From positions 288,001 to 352,000 of the forward strand of contig CAWDTA010000001.1 of NCBI GenBank assembly GCA_963805085.1: a stretch of DNA of 64,000 nt. The letters are read 5' to 3'. Below, in pieces: positions 21,084 through 48,963 of the stretch; the stretch's first letter is position 1, and each line of letters begins with the position of its first letter. The DNA is from an uncultured Veillonellaceae bacterium. GTDB lineage: Bacteria > Bacillota > Negativicutes > JARBTT01. The translations under genes were made by a program, and so were the position numbers. Under the pieces are notes generated by a model that worked only from the letters and a program-made list of their open reading frames with translations, was not told where the DNA came from and searched no databases.

Positions 21084-22310
21084 ATGAAAAGAATGAATGC
21101 AAAGAAAAGTTTTCTGAAGAGTGGGCACTTGCCTACACTTATCGCTTCCTTTCTTTATTTTGATATTAGTTTTATGATTTGGGTATTGCTCGGGATTACA
21201 TCTACCTTTATCGCAGCCGATCTTCACCTTACTCCCTATGAAAAAGGTTTAATGGTTGGTCTGCCAATTTTAGGTGGAGCTCTTTTACGTATTCCTATGG
21301 GATTATTGGCAGATCGATTTGGCGGTAAAATTACGGGTATGGGCGGGATGATTATTACCATGATCCCATTATTATGGGGTTGCTTTTTTGCTAGTAGTAT
21401 TTCAGAAATATACCTACTTGGTATATTACTTGGCGTTGCTGGTGCTAGCTTTGCAGTCGCTTTGCCCTTGGCAAGTCGTTGGTATCCACCGGAACATCAA
21501 GGCTTAGCTATGGGGATAGCCGGTGCTGGTAATAGTGGTACAGTGCTTGCCAGTTTATTTGCACCAAGATTAGCACAAATGCTAGGCTGGCATGCTGTTT
21601 ATGGGCTAGCTTTAATACCGCTAGTTATCACTTTTATTGTCTTTGCTGTACTGGCAAAAGATAATCCTAATTCACATAATCATAATAATATGGCAGCCTA
21701 TTTATCTTTGATTAAAGAAAGAGAAACTTGGCTTTTTAGCTTTTTTTATAGTCTTTCTTTTGGCGGGTTCGTCGGATTGACTAGCTATCTATCTATATTC
21801 TTTGTCGACCAATATAGTGTTAGCAAAGTTACTGCTGGAGATTTTGTAACTTTAGTCGTTATTGCTGGAAGTGCGATTCGTCCAATTGGTGGCTATTTCG
21901 CCGATAAAATTGGTGGAATGCGCATGTTAAGCGTTCTTTTTGTAGTATTGGCTATTGTTTTATGCCTAGTTGGGCTGATGCCGTCGGTGTATGTAAATTT
22001 GGGATTGCTTTTTTTTACTTTCTTATTATTTGGTTTGGCCAATGGTGCACTGTTCCAAGTTATTCCCACTAGTTGCCCGGATAAGGTAGGGCTAATGACT
22101 GGCTTTGTCGGCGCTGCCGGTGGTTTAGGCGGGTTTTTCTTGCCAACCCTTTTGGGGACGTTGAAAGAGTTAACCGGATCTTATGCGGATGGTTTTTGGG
22201 TTATCGCCGCTATTTTTCTGGTTGCAGTTGTATTGGTTGGCATTTTGCAAAAATCATGGAACCATAATGGCAGCGAAATAGGAGAGGATTCGAGTTTGCA
22301 TCATATATAA
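21084..22310 (+). CDS. NasA/NarK-type nitrate MFS transporter
   Basis: FLKSGHLPTL..FLYFDISFMIW, GVAGASFAVALPLASRWYP, GAGNSG. Confidence 0.9.
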   Translation: MKRMNAKKSFLKSGHLPTLIASFLYFDISFMIWVLLGITSTFIAADLHLTPYEKGLMVGLPILGGALLRIPMGLLADRFGGKITGMGGMIITMIPLLWGCFFASSISEIYLLGILLGVAGASFAVALPLASRWYPPEHQGLAMGIAGAGNSGTVLASLFAPRLAQMLGWHAVYGLALIPLVITFIVFAVLAKDNPNSHNHNNMAAYLSLIKERETWLFSFFYSLSFGGFVGLTSYLSIFFVDQYSVSKVTAGDFVTLVVIAGSAIRPIGGYFADKIGGMRMLSVLFVVLAIVLCLVGLMPSVYVNLGLLFFTFLLFGLANGALFQVIPTSCPDKVGLMTGFVGAAGGLGGFFLPTLLGTLKELTGSYADGFWVIAAIFLVAVVLVGILQKSWNHNGSEIGEDSSLHHI

Positions 22311-22548
22311 ATTGCTATAATCTTTATTACGATGAGCAATAAAGAGGATATAGTAGAATTTAACTTAGATGAATTTAATAAATTGCATACATCCTTCTTT
22401 TTATACCAGTCATTTATTCTTCGAAATGACTGGTATATTTATATTTTGCGATTATCGTAATATTTTAGTCGAACTATTACATAATAAATGGTATAATTAA
22501 TAACTTGTAAGTAGCAGAAAAATTTAACATAAGAATGGAGAAGGTATA

Positions 22549-23916
22549 TTGAAAATAGAAATACCAGTTATCAGGGGACAAAAATATATTATAGACATCG
22601 TTAGCATGGGGCATAGCTGTGAAGGTGTTGGTAAATATAAAGACTTTACTGTGTTTATTCCTTTTGTATTAGTTGGGGAACAAGTAGAAGTCGTGATCAC
22701 TGAAGTAAAGAAAAGTTATGCAAAAGGTAAGATGCTGAATATATTAAAACCAAGTCCGGATCGCGTAGAACCAAAATGTGAGATTTACGATCAATGCGGT
22801 GGTTGCCAAATTCAACATCTAAATTATGAAGCACAATTAAAAGTAAAACGTCAACAAGTTGTTGATGCGATTGAACGGATCGGTAAACAAGAAAACGTCG
22901 TGATTCATCCAACGCTTGGTTCAGAAAATCCTTGGAATTATCGCAATAAAATGCAGGTTCCAGTTGCTAGAAAAAATAATGATGTCATGATTGGTTGCTA
23001 TGCACAAGGCACGCATACTGTTATTGATACCAAAAACTGTTTGATACAAAATGAAGCGAATAATACCATTGCCAATGCAGTTCGTGGCGTCATCAAAAGA
23101 TTGAATATCGGTACCTATGATGAAAAGACAGGTCGTGGTGTACTTCGTCATGTCATTGGCCGTGTTGGCAGTAATGGTGAAGTTATGGTCGTTTTGGTGA
23201 CAAGCACTGACGTTTTACCAAAACAAGAAAAAATCATCGCTGAATTACAGAGCAATATCCCTGGACTCGTTAGTATCATGCAAAATATTAATATGCAAGA
23301 TACCAATGTAATTATGGGGAAAAGAACATTGAACCTTTGGGGTAAATTAACGATTACTGATACACTGGGCGACTTTACATTCAATATATCCGCACGCTCT
23401 TTCTTCCAAGTTAACACGAAACAAGCCGAAGTGCTTTATAATAAAGCTGTGGAATATGCGCAGTTAACAGGAAAAGAAACTGTAATTGATACGTATTGTG
23501 GGACAGGTACGATCACATTATTTTTAGCAAAGAAAGCGAAAAAAGTATATGGTATCGAAATCGTAGAAGCTGCGATTAAAGATGCCAACAAGAATGCAGA
23601 AAACAATAATGTAACCAACACCGAGTTCCTTGTAGGCGATGCAACCGACGTGATGCCTGAACTTTACAAAATAGGTGTCCGCCCAGATGTTATCGTCGTA
23701 GATCCACCACGCGCTGGCTGCGACAAAGCCGTCCTAGAAAACTTCGCCCACCTGAAACCAAAACGCATCGTCTACGTATCCTGCAATCCAGCTTCCCTAG
23801 CTAGAGATATTGCGATACTATCAGAATTTGGCTATGTAGCCAAAGAAATTCAACCAGTTGATATGTTTAGTGAAACGAGTCATATTGAGTGTGTGGCGTT
23901 ATTAGAGAAAAAATAG
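22549..23916 (+). CDS. rlmD: 23S rRNA (uracil-C5)-methyltransferase RlmD/RumA
   Basis: TRAM domain, C..CGGC Fe-S motif, SFFQVN, YCGTGT, DPPRAG, YVSCNP. Confidence 0.96.
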   Translation: MKIEIPVIRGQKYIIDIVSMGHSCEGVGKYKDFTVFIPFVLVGEQVEVVITEVKKSYAKGKMLNILKPSPDRVEPKCEIYDQCGGCQIQHLNYEAQLKVKRQQVVDAIERIGKQENVVIHPTLGSENPWNYRNKMQVPVARKNNDVMIGCYAQGTHTVIDTKNCLIQNEANNTIANAVRGVIKRLNIGTYDEKTGRGVLRHVIGRVGSNGEVMVVLVTSTDVLPKQEKIIAELQSNIPGLVSIMQNINMQDTNVIMGKRTLNLWGKLTITDTLGDFTFNISARSFFQVNTKQAEVLYNKAVEYAQLTGKETVIDTYCGTGTITLFLAKKAKKVYGIEIVEAAIKDANKNAENNNVTNTEFLVGDATDVMPELYKIGVRPDVIVVDPPRAGCDKAVLENFAHLKPKRIVYVSCNPASLARDIAILSEFGYVAKEIQPVDMFSETSHIECVALLEKK

Positions 23917-24104
23917 GAAATGTAGTAATAACTTCATAAATTTAAATAAAAATTCGTCTGGAGCATGTTTCTAGGCGAATTTTTGTTTTTAAATAGTGTC
24001 ATTTTTAGAAAAATATAGGAATTTTGAAGGAGTTTTTTGTCTTTGTATGGAAATTAAGAATTATACTTTGTTTAGTGTAAAATTTTAGACAAACAGAGCC
24101 GTCA
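23684..24104 (+). repeat. Reference copy of ~420-bp array module (rlmD 3' end, terminator, sigmaH-like promoter, L site 24086-24104)
   Basis: Near-identical copies at 25138, 51707, 54052, 54549; partial copies at 27145, 45585, 49992. Confidence 0.93.
23948..23984 (+). terminator. Rho-independent terminator after rlmD, present in each module
   Basis: AAAATTCG(T/C)CT..AGGCGAATTTTT hairpin with T tract. Confidence 0.8.
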
Positions 24105-24144
24105 TAATTTGTTGTCAAAAGTCAGGTGGAAAGGAAAGGTATAT

Positions 24145-25008
24145 ATGGAAAATAAATTAAATACCAAAGTATTTATTAGCAGTGATCAATATGGTGGATT
24201 CGGTGTTTCATCAACGATTATATATGGTCCGACGGAGGCATTACTGTTTGATGCACAGTTTAGCCGTTCGAATGCGCATCGATTAGTAGCGGAAATTTTA
24301 GAAACAGGTCGTGAATTAAAGCAAATTTTTATCAGTCACTTGCATCCCGATCACTATTTAGGATTGAGTGTAATCAAGGAAGCCTTTCCGAAGGCCCGTG
24401 CTATAGCTTACAAGGAAACTGCTGAGCAAATTAATCATGCATTTGCTATGAAAATTGGTTATTGGGGACGCGAAATTTTAGGTGAAAATGGCTGTAAAAC
24501 AGTTGTTAAAGTTGAGCGCGTTGATGAGCCGTATCTTACTATAGATGATGAGAAAATTGAAATTATTGGAATATTTAGGGGCGATTGCCCGGGTTTAACT
24601 GCGCTGTGGGTTCCCTCTATAAAAACATTAGTTGCTGGAGATGCTGTATTTTCTGATGCACATCTCTGGGTAGCAGATGCTAGAACGCCAGAAAACAGGC
24701 AAGAATGGCTAGATAATCTGGACAAGTTGGAATCGTTAAATCCAGAGATTATTATTCCTGGCCATGCACCTAATGACAGGGAGTATATGCCTAATGGGAT
24801 TGAGTATTCACGTCGTTATCTTAAAGATTTTATTAGGGAACTTAAAGATTCTAAGAATGCTGCTGATTTAATGGAACGAATGAATAGACTTTATCCAAAG
24901 GCTGCAGTTCGAATTTGTTTGGAACTTAGTGCTAAGATTTTGAAAGATAAATATGAATGGGAGGGCGATTGGCCTTTATCACTAAAATATACAGAGCCTA
25001 TAATTTAA
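24145..25008 (+). CDS. MBL-fold metallo-hydrolase (cargo)
   Basis: SHLHPDHY, LVAGD and IIPGH motifs; ATG 24145 after GGAAAGG. Confidence 0.9.
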   Translation: MENKLNTKVFISSDQYGGFGVSSTIIYGPTEALLFDAQFSRSNAHRLVAEILETGRELKQIFISHLHPDHYLGLSVIKEAFPKARAIAYKETAEQINHAFAMKIGYWGREILGENGCKTVVKVERVDEPYLTIDDEKIEIIGIFRGDCPGLTALWVPSIKTLVAGDAVFSDAHLWVADARTPENRQEWLDNLDKLESLNPEIIIPGHAPNDREYMPNGIEYSRRYLKDFIRELKDSKNAADLMERMNRLYPKAAVRICLELSAKILKDKYEWEGDWPLSLKYTEPII

Positions 25009-25109
25009 AGGTTTTTGGATAAGGTGAATTGGAAAGGTTGTGGCAGATTGCCAAAAAGAGGTGTATTCTTGTCTATGAAATATGAGCTAGAATACATGGA
25101 AAAGGCTGG

Positions 25110-25553
25110 TAGACTGAGTGACGATTTTCTTTGTCTACAGATATTATCGTCGTAGACCCACCACGTGCAGGTTGCGACAAAGCCGTCCTAGAAAACTTCG
25201 CTCACCTGAAACCAAAACGTATGGCTTACGTATCCTGCAATCCAGCTTCCCTAGCTAGAGATATTGCTATACTATCAGAATTTGGCTATGTAGCAAAAGA
25301 AATTCAACCAGTCGATATGTTTAGTGAGACGAGTCATATTGAGAGTGTGGCATTGTTGGAGAAGAAATAGGAGAAGTAGTAATAACTTCATAAAACTAAG
25401 TTGAAAATTCGCCTAGAGAGATGTTTCTAGGCGAATTTTTTGTTTGAATAGTATTGTCTTAAGGAAAATAGAGAAATATTGAAGGTGTTCTTGTGTTTGT
25501 ATGTCAATTTATAAGCGAATTATACTTTTCTTAGTGTAAAAATTTAGACAAAA
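25110..25553 (+). repeat. R site (25110-25137), rlmD 3' copy 1 (to 25370) and downstream module; L site broken by IS110
   Basis: TAGACTGAGTGACGATTTTCTTTGTCTA followed by [11 protein letters not shown]...LLEKK. Confidence 0.92.
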
Positions 25554-25673
25554 ACCTGCTAATAAAAATCAATAGCTTTTTAAAAATTTTTCCATGAATT
25601 TTCAAGATAAAAAAAGGCATAGCTAAGCAGTTCGGTTGATTTATAACAATCGAATTTTAAAACTTTTTTAAAT

Positions 25674-26879
25674 TTAAACTGCTACGGTCTCTTTTACTCG
25701 TGTATAATAAATTCTTAGAAATTTATTCAACCCCGCAATTTTAGCAACTTTTTTTGGTTTACCTTCTGACTCTTTCTTAAGTATATATCTGTATACCGCA
25801 TTATCATAATCTGGTTTCACTGTCTTTAAACACTTCATAATTTCATATCCTGTTTTACGTAAAATAGACGAGCCACGCTTAGAAATTTTTCTTTTTGTTG
25901 CTGTAAATCGCCCGGATTCATAAGGTGGTGTATCAAGACCTGCATATGCAATTAAAGAGCTCCCGTTATGAAACCTACGTACATCTCCGATTTCGGCAAT
26001 CAAACGTAGTGCTAATTTGTCACCGACACCCGGCATTGCACGAACAATGCTGTATTCTTTCAAACTCTTTGCTAACTCATTCATTCGTGCTAAAATATTG
26101 TGTAAGGACTTCTCTGTTTGGAGAAGTACCTTGACAGCTTCTTGTACGAGCATTTTGGTCGATGGCGTACTGGAAGGCAATGTTTGGATACCTGTCTGGG
26201 CTAAAGCATATATTTGATATGCTTTAGCCCAGACAGGTATCCCCTTTTATTTGCCCATTTGACATACGTATCTACAAAATGTTTTTCTCCTTTGTTAGTG
26301 ATTATGTCATAATGCCAGAATTTAAAAGCAAAATCTCCAATTTTATTATGAGAAAAATCAGCAGAAGAACTTTTAAGTAAATCCTTGATGCTTGGCATGG
26401 TACGATCAAGAATACACGTAAGAGTGATTTTAGATTTTAGACTTTACATACATTCCCATGAATTGAATGTACTGACGCCCCAGTATTTTTAATTCATCAT
26501 ATATTTTTTCATCAGGGCGATAATCGGTTAAATCAAACCAATGGTCAATACCGAAGTTAGCAATTCTGCCAGCGTCTATTTTATCCGTCTTTGCTTTACG
26601 TAATGAAACATTGATATATTTTTTCATAACTAAAGGATTAACTACCGAAACAAAGATGCCGTTTTCTTTCATAAACGCTAGAACGGGCAGATGGTAATAG
26701 CCAGTTGCCTCCAATACAACACGTGTTTCCTCGTTAAATTGGTTAATTGTTTTTACCAGTGATGCCAAATCTTCTATTGTGTGCATAATTTCAAATGATC
26801 GCTGAATAATTTCACCATAAGGCTTCAAAACACAGACGGTGCTCTTACCTTTTGAAACATCAATTCCTACACTAATCAA
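25674..26879 (-). pseudogene. IS110 transposase broken into three ORFs (26430-26879, 26201-26398, 25674-26180)
   Basis: VGIDVSKG/LEATGYYH/KTDKIDA in the first piece; MPGVG, AYAGLD..ESG and SKRGS in the last. Confidence 0.9.
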
Positions 26880-26899
26880 TGTATATACCTCCTAATATT

Positions 26900-27110
26900 G
26901 ATATTAGTGAAATGGTATCCGATCCTACTTATTACTCTTCATTTTAATTCGTTACACGAAAGCCAAAGAATGGTTTCAACCTGCTTAATCGAAGATTTAT
27001 AATAGGAGGATGGCAGACTGTTTTTGTCACGGATGCGAAATCCAAAGAACCGTACGTCTGACCATATACTCCTCTTAATTATAATAAAAATAAGTGCAAA
27101 CAACTAAATT
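26900..27110 (-). ncRNA. Putative bridge RNA programmed against the L/R motif
   Basis: Loop arms ACGGUUCUUU (27044-27053) and GACAAAAA (27021-27028) inside a CAGAC/GTCTG stem; donor arm AGCAGGUU (26978-26985); boundaries approximate. Confidence 0.7.
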
Positions 27111-27144
27111 TTTATATTTAGTGTTCGCATTTTTATAGTACTAA

Positions 27145-27334
27145 AAGTAGTAATAACTTCATAAAACTAAGTTGAAAATTCGCCTAGAGAGATGTTTCTA
27201 GGCGAATTTTTTGTTTGAATAGTATTGTCTTAAGGAAAATAGAGGAATATTGAAGGTGTTCTTGTATTTGTATGGCAATTTATAAGCGAATTATACTTTT
27301 CTTAGTGTAAAAATTTAGACAAATAGAACCGTCA
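27145..27334 (+). repeat. Second copy of downstream module with intact L site (27316-27334)
   Basis: Nearly identical to 25374-25553; TAGACAAATAGAACCGTCA. Confidence 0.9.
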
Positions 27335-27513
27335 TCTTGTATTTAAATTGGTCTTCAACTTGAACGGAAATTGATTGGAATGGTCATTACAAATGCCAAT
27401 GTCATATTTGAAAATATATAACCATATACGTATTTATGAGATAAAATCACTTTTGGGCGGAGGACGTGTGATTATAATACCATCATTTTTGAAAATTCGG
27501 GGGGGGGGTTCTA

Positions 27514-44985
<17,472 letters not shown>

Positions 44986-45140
44986 AGAGGTTTAGACACT
45001 AATGGATAAATATGTAAAAATAATTAATTAAGTCAACAGGGATGGTAAAAGAAAATATACCAAACTTAACTTGTTAAGAAAGAGTAGATGAATCATTTAA
45101 TAAGGCACCACCTTTATATGTAATGTGTACCCTATAGAGT

Positions 45141-45570
45141 CGATGTCATTAAGTTAAGTAGTTAAGATCAGGTTAATGTATCAAAAAATGGTGAACGCTA
45201 TAATAAGCGTTCACCATTTTTATGATTTAAACATACCAAAAGCAGATGACGTTATAAGCCATCTGTATAACATGCAGATACGAAGAGTTGTTGTTAAGAA
45301 ATTCTATATGTAAACCCGACAGCATTTTTAATATTTTGATATCTTTCAAATACTCTGCTAGTACGTATTGGAGACATAAATTTCTGCACAATTTTCAAAA
45401 GACTTCTTTCAGAAAATTTGCCCTTGAAATACTGATAACAAAAATGTATCGCTTCAGCAGGAATTTCATTCCCAGGTAAATCTGTGAATAACGTTTCATA
45501 AGTGGTATCTGAAATTTTAAATCGAGCAATTCTAAATTTCAAATCATATATCTTGTTTTCTCTAGGCAGT
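45141..45570 (-). mobile_element. IS4-family remnant
   Basis: Terminal-IR-like CGATGTCATTAAGTTAAG (45141-45158); fragment FRIARFKISDTTYETLFTDLP...PIRTSRVFER. Confidence 0.7.
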
Positions 45571-45584
45571 AAGTAATTTTTATC

Positions 45585-45661
45585 ATTGCATGGAAGTTTA
45601 TAAGTGAATTATACTTTGTTTAGTGTAAAAATTCAGATAAATAGAATCGTCACTTTGTATT
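45585..45661 (+). repeat. Truncated module with L site (45634-45652)
   Basis: TTATACTTTGTTTAGTGTAAAAATTCAGATAAATAGAATCGTCACTTTGTATT. Confidence 0.8.
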
Positions 45662-45714
45662 CTGAGTTAGTAATGCTCATTTTTTAGTGTTAAACCGATT
45701 ATGGAGTGTGACTT

Positions 45715-45840
45715 TATCGGTAGGAAAAAACAAGGATGATGAGAAATGAAGAACGTGGATATGGTAATATAGATAAAATGGTTTGTAGTAATTGTGTAGA
45801 GTCTGAAGTTTTTAAAGAATTTATTTTAGAAATTCCCTTG
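45715..45840 (+). pseudogene. 5' fragment resembling HEPN/RES-associated N-terminal domain
   Basis: MMRNEERGYGNIDKMVCSNCVESEVFKEFI then stop; recognised from memory of the family. Confidence 0.45.
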
Positions 45841-46701
45841 TAAAAACCTAAGCATCATATAATTTTATTAATTGACTTATTGCTAGGCTAGTCTTGAATT
45901 TTGATTAACTTAAAGTATGAATAGAGGTCAGTGTATGTACGGTAGGAATGAATTGTGTTTTTGTGGATATAGGAAAAAGTACAAAAAATGTTGACTTGGC
46001 AAAGAACCGACTGTAGCTTTACCTTCTCTATTATAATAAAATGAAAATAGGAAAGCTGATTGCGCCTACATCCATGCCAAGAAGAATGTAGAGGAAAGAT
46101 AGAAAATAGTTAAGGCACATTCAATTCAAAACACTCGAATTTTGAAGAGCTTATCTCAAAATGGCGAAATAAAAATGTTTAAGTCCAAAATAGGTGAGGG
46201 CTTAAACATTAGTGCAGTTAGCATAGGTAGAGTGGTTGCTACTACTTTTTTTGTTTAAAATTGCTTGACCCCATGGCATATCACAAGATATATTGTCTTT
46301 GATGGACATATAGTCCACATATAAGAAATCGTTACAAAAAGCTGCCCATCCTGGCGTAATGCTGGGGTGGGCAGCTTTTTGTCAATAAGCGGGAAGAAGA
46401 TCAAAAGTGGAATAACTTAATCGTGATCTATCATGACAAATTATGATTGTTAAAACAATTAATTATTTCCTATTTTTAATATAATAGGAAATAATTTACA
46501 TTGGTAGTTTAAATTTTACAATTATAGGAATTTATATAAGTGAAGGCAGATTCAAATAAAATTCAAATTAATTTGCCCATCTTTCTACTAAAGAGGTGTG
46601 TTAGATGACTCGCGGAACGTTTACTTAGCGGAAAGTTTAACTTTTCATGGATTTAAGTTTAAGGTAACAAAAATTTAAATGTAAAACAGGGGGAAACTAA
46701 A

Positions 46702-47211
46702 ATGGAAAACAAGGTTTTATTTAGTGAGGAAACAGAAAGCAAAAGTATATCAATTGACACAGGAAAGATAAATATTAATCCTATTACATCATCATCGTCC
46801 TTGCTTAAAGTAAGCAGCGACGATATAACGACTATTAATATTGAAAGCAATGCAGACGATTCTACTAATCATGCGCCAGTAGCAGGATTGGCATATTCGA
46901 TTTTAAATCCTGCCACGCTTACATCAGACAATTACCTAACTACAAATACACAAGTTGCATGGTTATTATCCTATAATGGGGTAAATTATTCTTATGATCC
47001 AGATGGAGATAGTATAATAGCTTTCCAAGTAGGAGGCTTACCTTCAGGTTCTATTACTTCTACTGTTACTGATAGCAGCGGTACAGTTATTGGTTTTGTT
47101 GTACAGGTTACTACAGCTGGTACTTATAAAATGACTTTTAGGTGTGAAGATGAACATGGTTTATGGTCTAGCTATTTAGTCGTTACCATGACTATAAAAG
47201 CGGCATCCTAA
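46702..47211 (+). CDS. Hypothetical protein with PKD/Ig-like beta-sandwich
   Basis: NHAPVA...SYDPDGD...GTYKMTFRCEDEHGLWS pattern; GGGGG RBS. Confidence 0.65.
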   Translation: MENKVLFSEETESKSISIDTGKININPITSSSSLLKVSSDDITTINIESNADDSTNHAPVAGLAYSILNPATLTSDNYLTTNTQVAWLLSYNGVNYSYDPDGDSIIAFQVGGLPSGSITSTVTDSSGTVIGFVVQVTTAGTYKMTFRCEDEHGLWSSYLVVTMTIKAAS

Positions 47212-47432
47212 GTATAACTCATTTAATGCTCAGGAATATGCATGGACCTATCTTTTAATCTAGCGCTAAAAGTTGATTGGTTTAAAGAAATAATAAATCA
47301 GATAAACTGGGGTTGGCTACTATTAATCCCTCCATTCTGGCATATCGCCGGGGTGGAGGGATTTTTTACTATATCAGAAAGTATAATGTTTAGGGGGGAG
47401 TCATTTACTTAAATTTTTGGTAAATTAAAAGC

Positions 47433-47510
47433 ATGGCACAAAACATACTATGTCAAATATTTTTTGATAAGAATAATAATTGGGATAAATTCGTAAAGCA
47501 TCACGGTAAA
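47433..47510 (+). pseudogene. IS91-type transposase N-terminal remnant
   Basis: MAQNILCQIFFDKNNNWDKFVKHHG resembles Firmicute IS91-like transposase N-termini. Confidence 0.5.
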
Positions 47511-47689
47511 CTTGCTGATGTCTTTGCTTCACAGGGGCAGTGTACGAATTTTTGTGGCGGTGCAAACCGTCAATTTGTCTTATTTGTAGTGAATATGATA
47601 TCGCTAACCCTTTATTTGATAAATGAGTTAAACAACCAACCATTTAGGCCGGATTGGGTGTGAAAAAATAGACAATGCGATTATTAAAG

Positions 47690-48691
47690 TTAAATAATGT
47701 ATAAAATTTGCTTGTTATTAAAATACTTACTTAATTCTTGAGAAAAGAATTCTTTATATTCGGCAAGAGTTTCTTTGGGATAAACATATTTTACATACCC
47801 AAACTGACCAAATTTAAAGGTTCGGTCTTTTTCGTCCATTGGAAGTAAAGTATCGGGGAAAATTTCAAGAATATTATTCTTAGCTGCTGTAGTATAACGA
47901 TGAGAGATTATTTCAAAGGTAATAGGATAGTTACCTAAAAAGTTGCCAATTAGCTCAATTAAAGCTTTGTATTCTGGCTTATTTTCCTTATTCCAAAACA
48001 CTGGTGCAATAATAATTCCCGTAGGATATCCAGATTCGGCAAGCTGTTTAAGTGCGGCTAACCTTTTATTTAATGAAGAAGTACGATGTTCATAGGCTGT
48101 AATTATAGATTCGATATTTAAACTTAGCCTAATTTCAGTATGATTATTGTGCTCAAGTGCTAACAGACTGTCAACATCAGTATACTTACTTACAAAGCGA
48201 AATCGACCTTGCTTAGTCTTAGCAAAATGAAGTATAGCATCCTCAATCACGTGAGTATAAGGTTCTAATGCCAATGGGTCAGAAGTAGCCGCACCTTCAA
48301 AAATAGTGATCTCTGGTAAACGAGCCTTGATATATTCATCTGCCTTGGCAAATATTTCTTCGGAATTTGCATAAATTTTAATATAGGGACGTTTGCCCAT
48401 CTGCGTATTGAGATAGCAATACTCGCACATACCCATGCATCCACTAACTAAAGGAAGCTGATAATGGGCGGAAGGCTTGCACGTCTGAAACTCACTCATC
48501 TTTCTAACCCCAATGACCAAAGTATTTTTACCTTGCTGATATTTTGTTGGGGCATCACCTTTTAAAGTTACGCGCGTAGTTTTTTGATAGTGAATAGGAA
48601 TAGATTTTTCTTCAAAAAATTTTTGCAAAGCTTTACCTTTCGGATAGTTTAAAGCTTTTTCTTCAAATACAATCAATTTAGGAATAAACAT
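47690..48691 (-). CDS. splB: Spore photoproduct lyase (radical SAM)
   Basis: CKPSAHYQLPL, GCMGMCEYCYL, FEGAATSDP, FKFGQFGYxKYVY. Confidence 0.93.
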   Translation of the reverse strand: MFIPKLIVFEEKALNYPKGKALQKFFEEKSIPIHYQKTTRVTLKGDAPTKYQQGKNTLVIGVRKMSEFQTCKPSAHYQLPLVSGCMGMCEYCYLNTQMGKRPYIKIYANSEEIFAKADEYIKARLPEITIFEGAATSDPLALEPYTHVIEDAILHFAKTKQGRFRFVSKYTDVDSLLALEHNNHTEIRLSLNIESIITAYEHRTSSLNKRLAALKQLAESGYPTGIIIAPVFWNKENKPEYKALIELIGNFLGNYPITFEIISHRYTTAAKNNILEIFPDTLLPMDEKDRTFKFGQFGYVKYVYPKETLAEYKEFFSQELSKYFNNKQILYII

Positions 48692-48963
48692 GATAGCATC
48701 ACCTTTACTATACAGACAGAAAAGTGGCAGAGGAGCACTTTCTGTTATTTTTATTGCAGTTTTTTCTAGTTTGACCATATGTTTTGCGGTTTATCCCAGG
48801 AGGGAAAAAGGACGATTCTAGTGTCCCTAGACTCCATAAAAAAGGAGAGTACTTGTTTCTGTATTGCACTGGTGAGGCGCTTTGGTACTATGTACCAGTA
48901 GGATGGCAAGTGTCGGTATGTTAGAATGAAATTGATATTTGGGCATACTATGGAGGATTGGGC

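Larger units (their letters stand above)
25552..27144 (-). mobile_element. Degenerate IS110 element inserted in an L site
   Basis: Split transposase; ends ...TTGATTTTTATTAGCAGGTTT and TAGTACTATA on minus strand; left flank is TAGACAA of the L site. Confidence 0.85.

Noticed and set aside
5467-23621. Short antisense or alternative-frame ORFs within nar, ccm, nrf and rlmD genes
   Set aside because: Overlap well-supported genes and show no recognisable motifs.
25131-25370. 79-aa rlmD-like ORFs (also 51700, 54542) as independent enzymes
   Set aside because: Lack the SAM-binding and RNA-binding regions and a clear RBS; the TTG is part of the R site and is TTT in copy 3.
46080-46260. Possible riboswitch upstream of the PKD-like gene
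   Set aside because: A hairpin is present, but I could not match c-di-GMP or other riboswitch consensus by eye.
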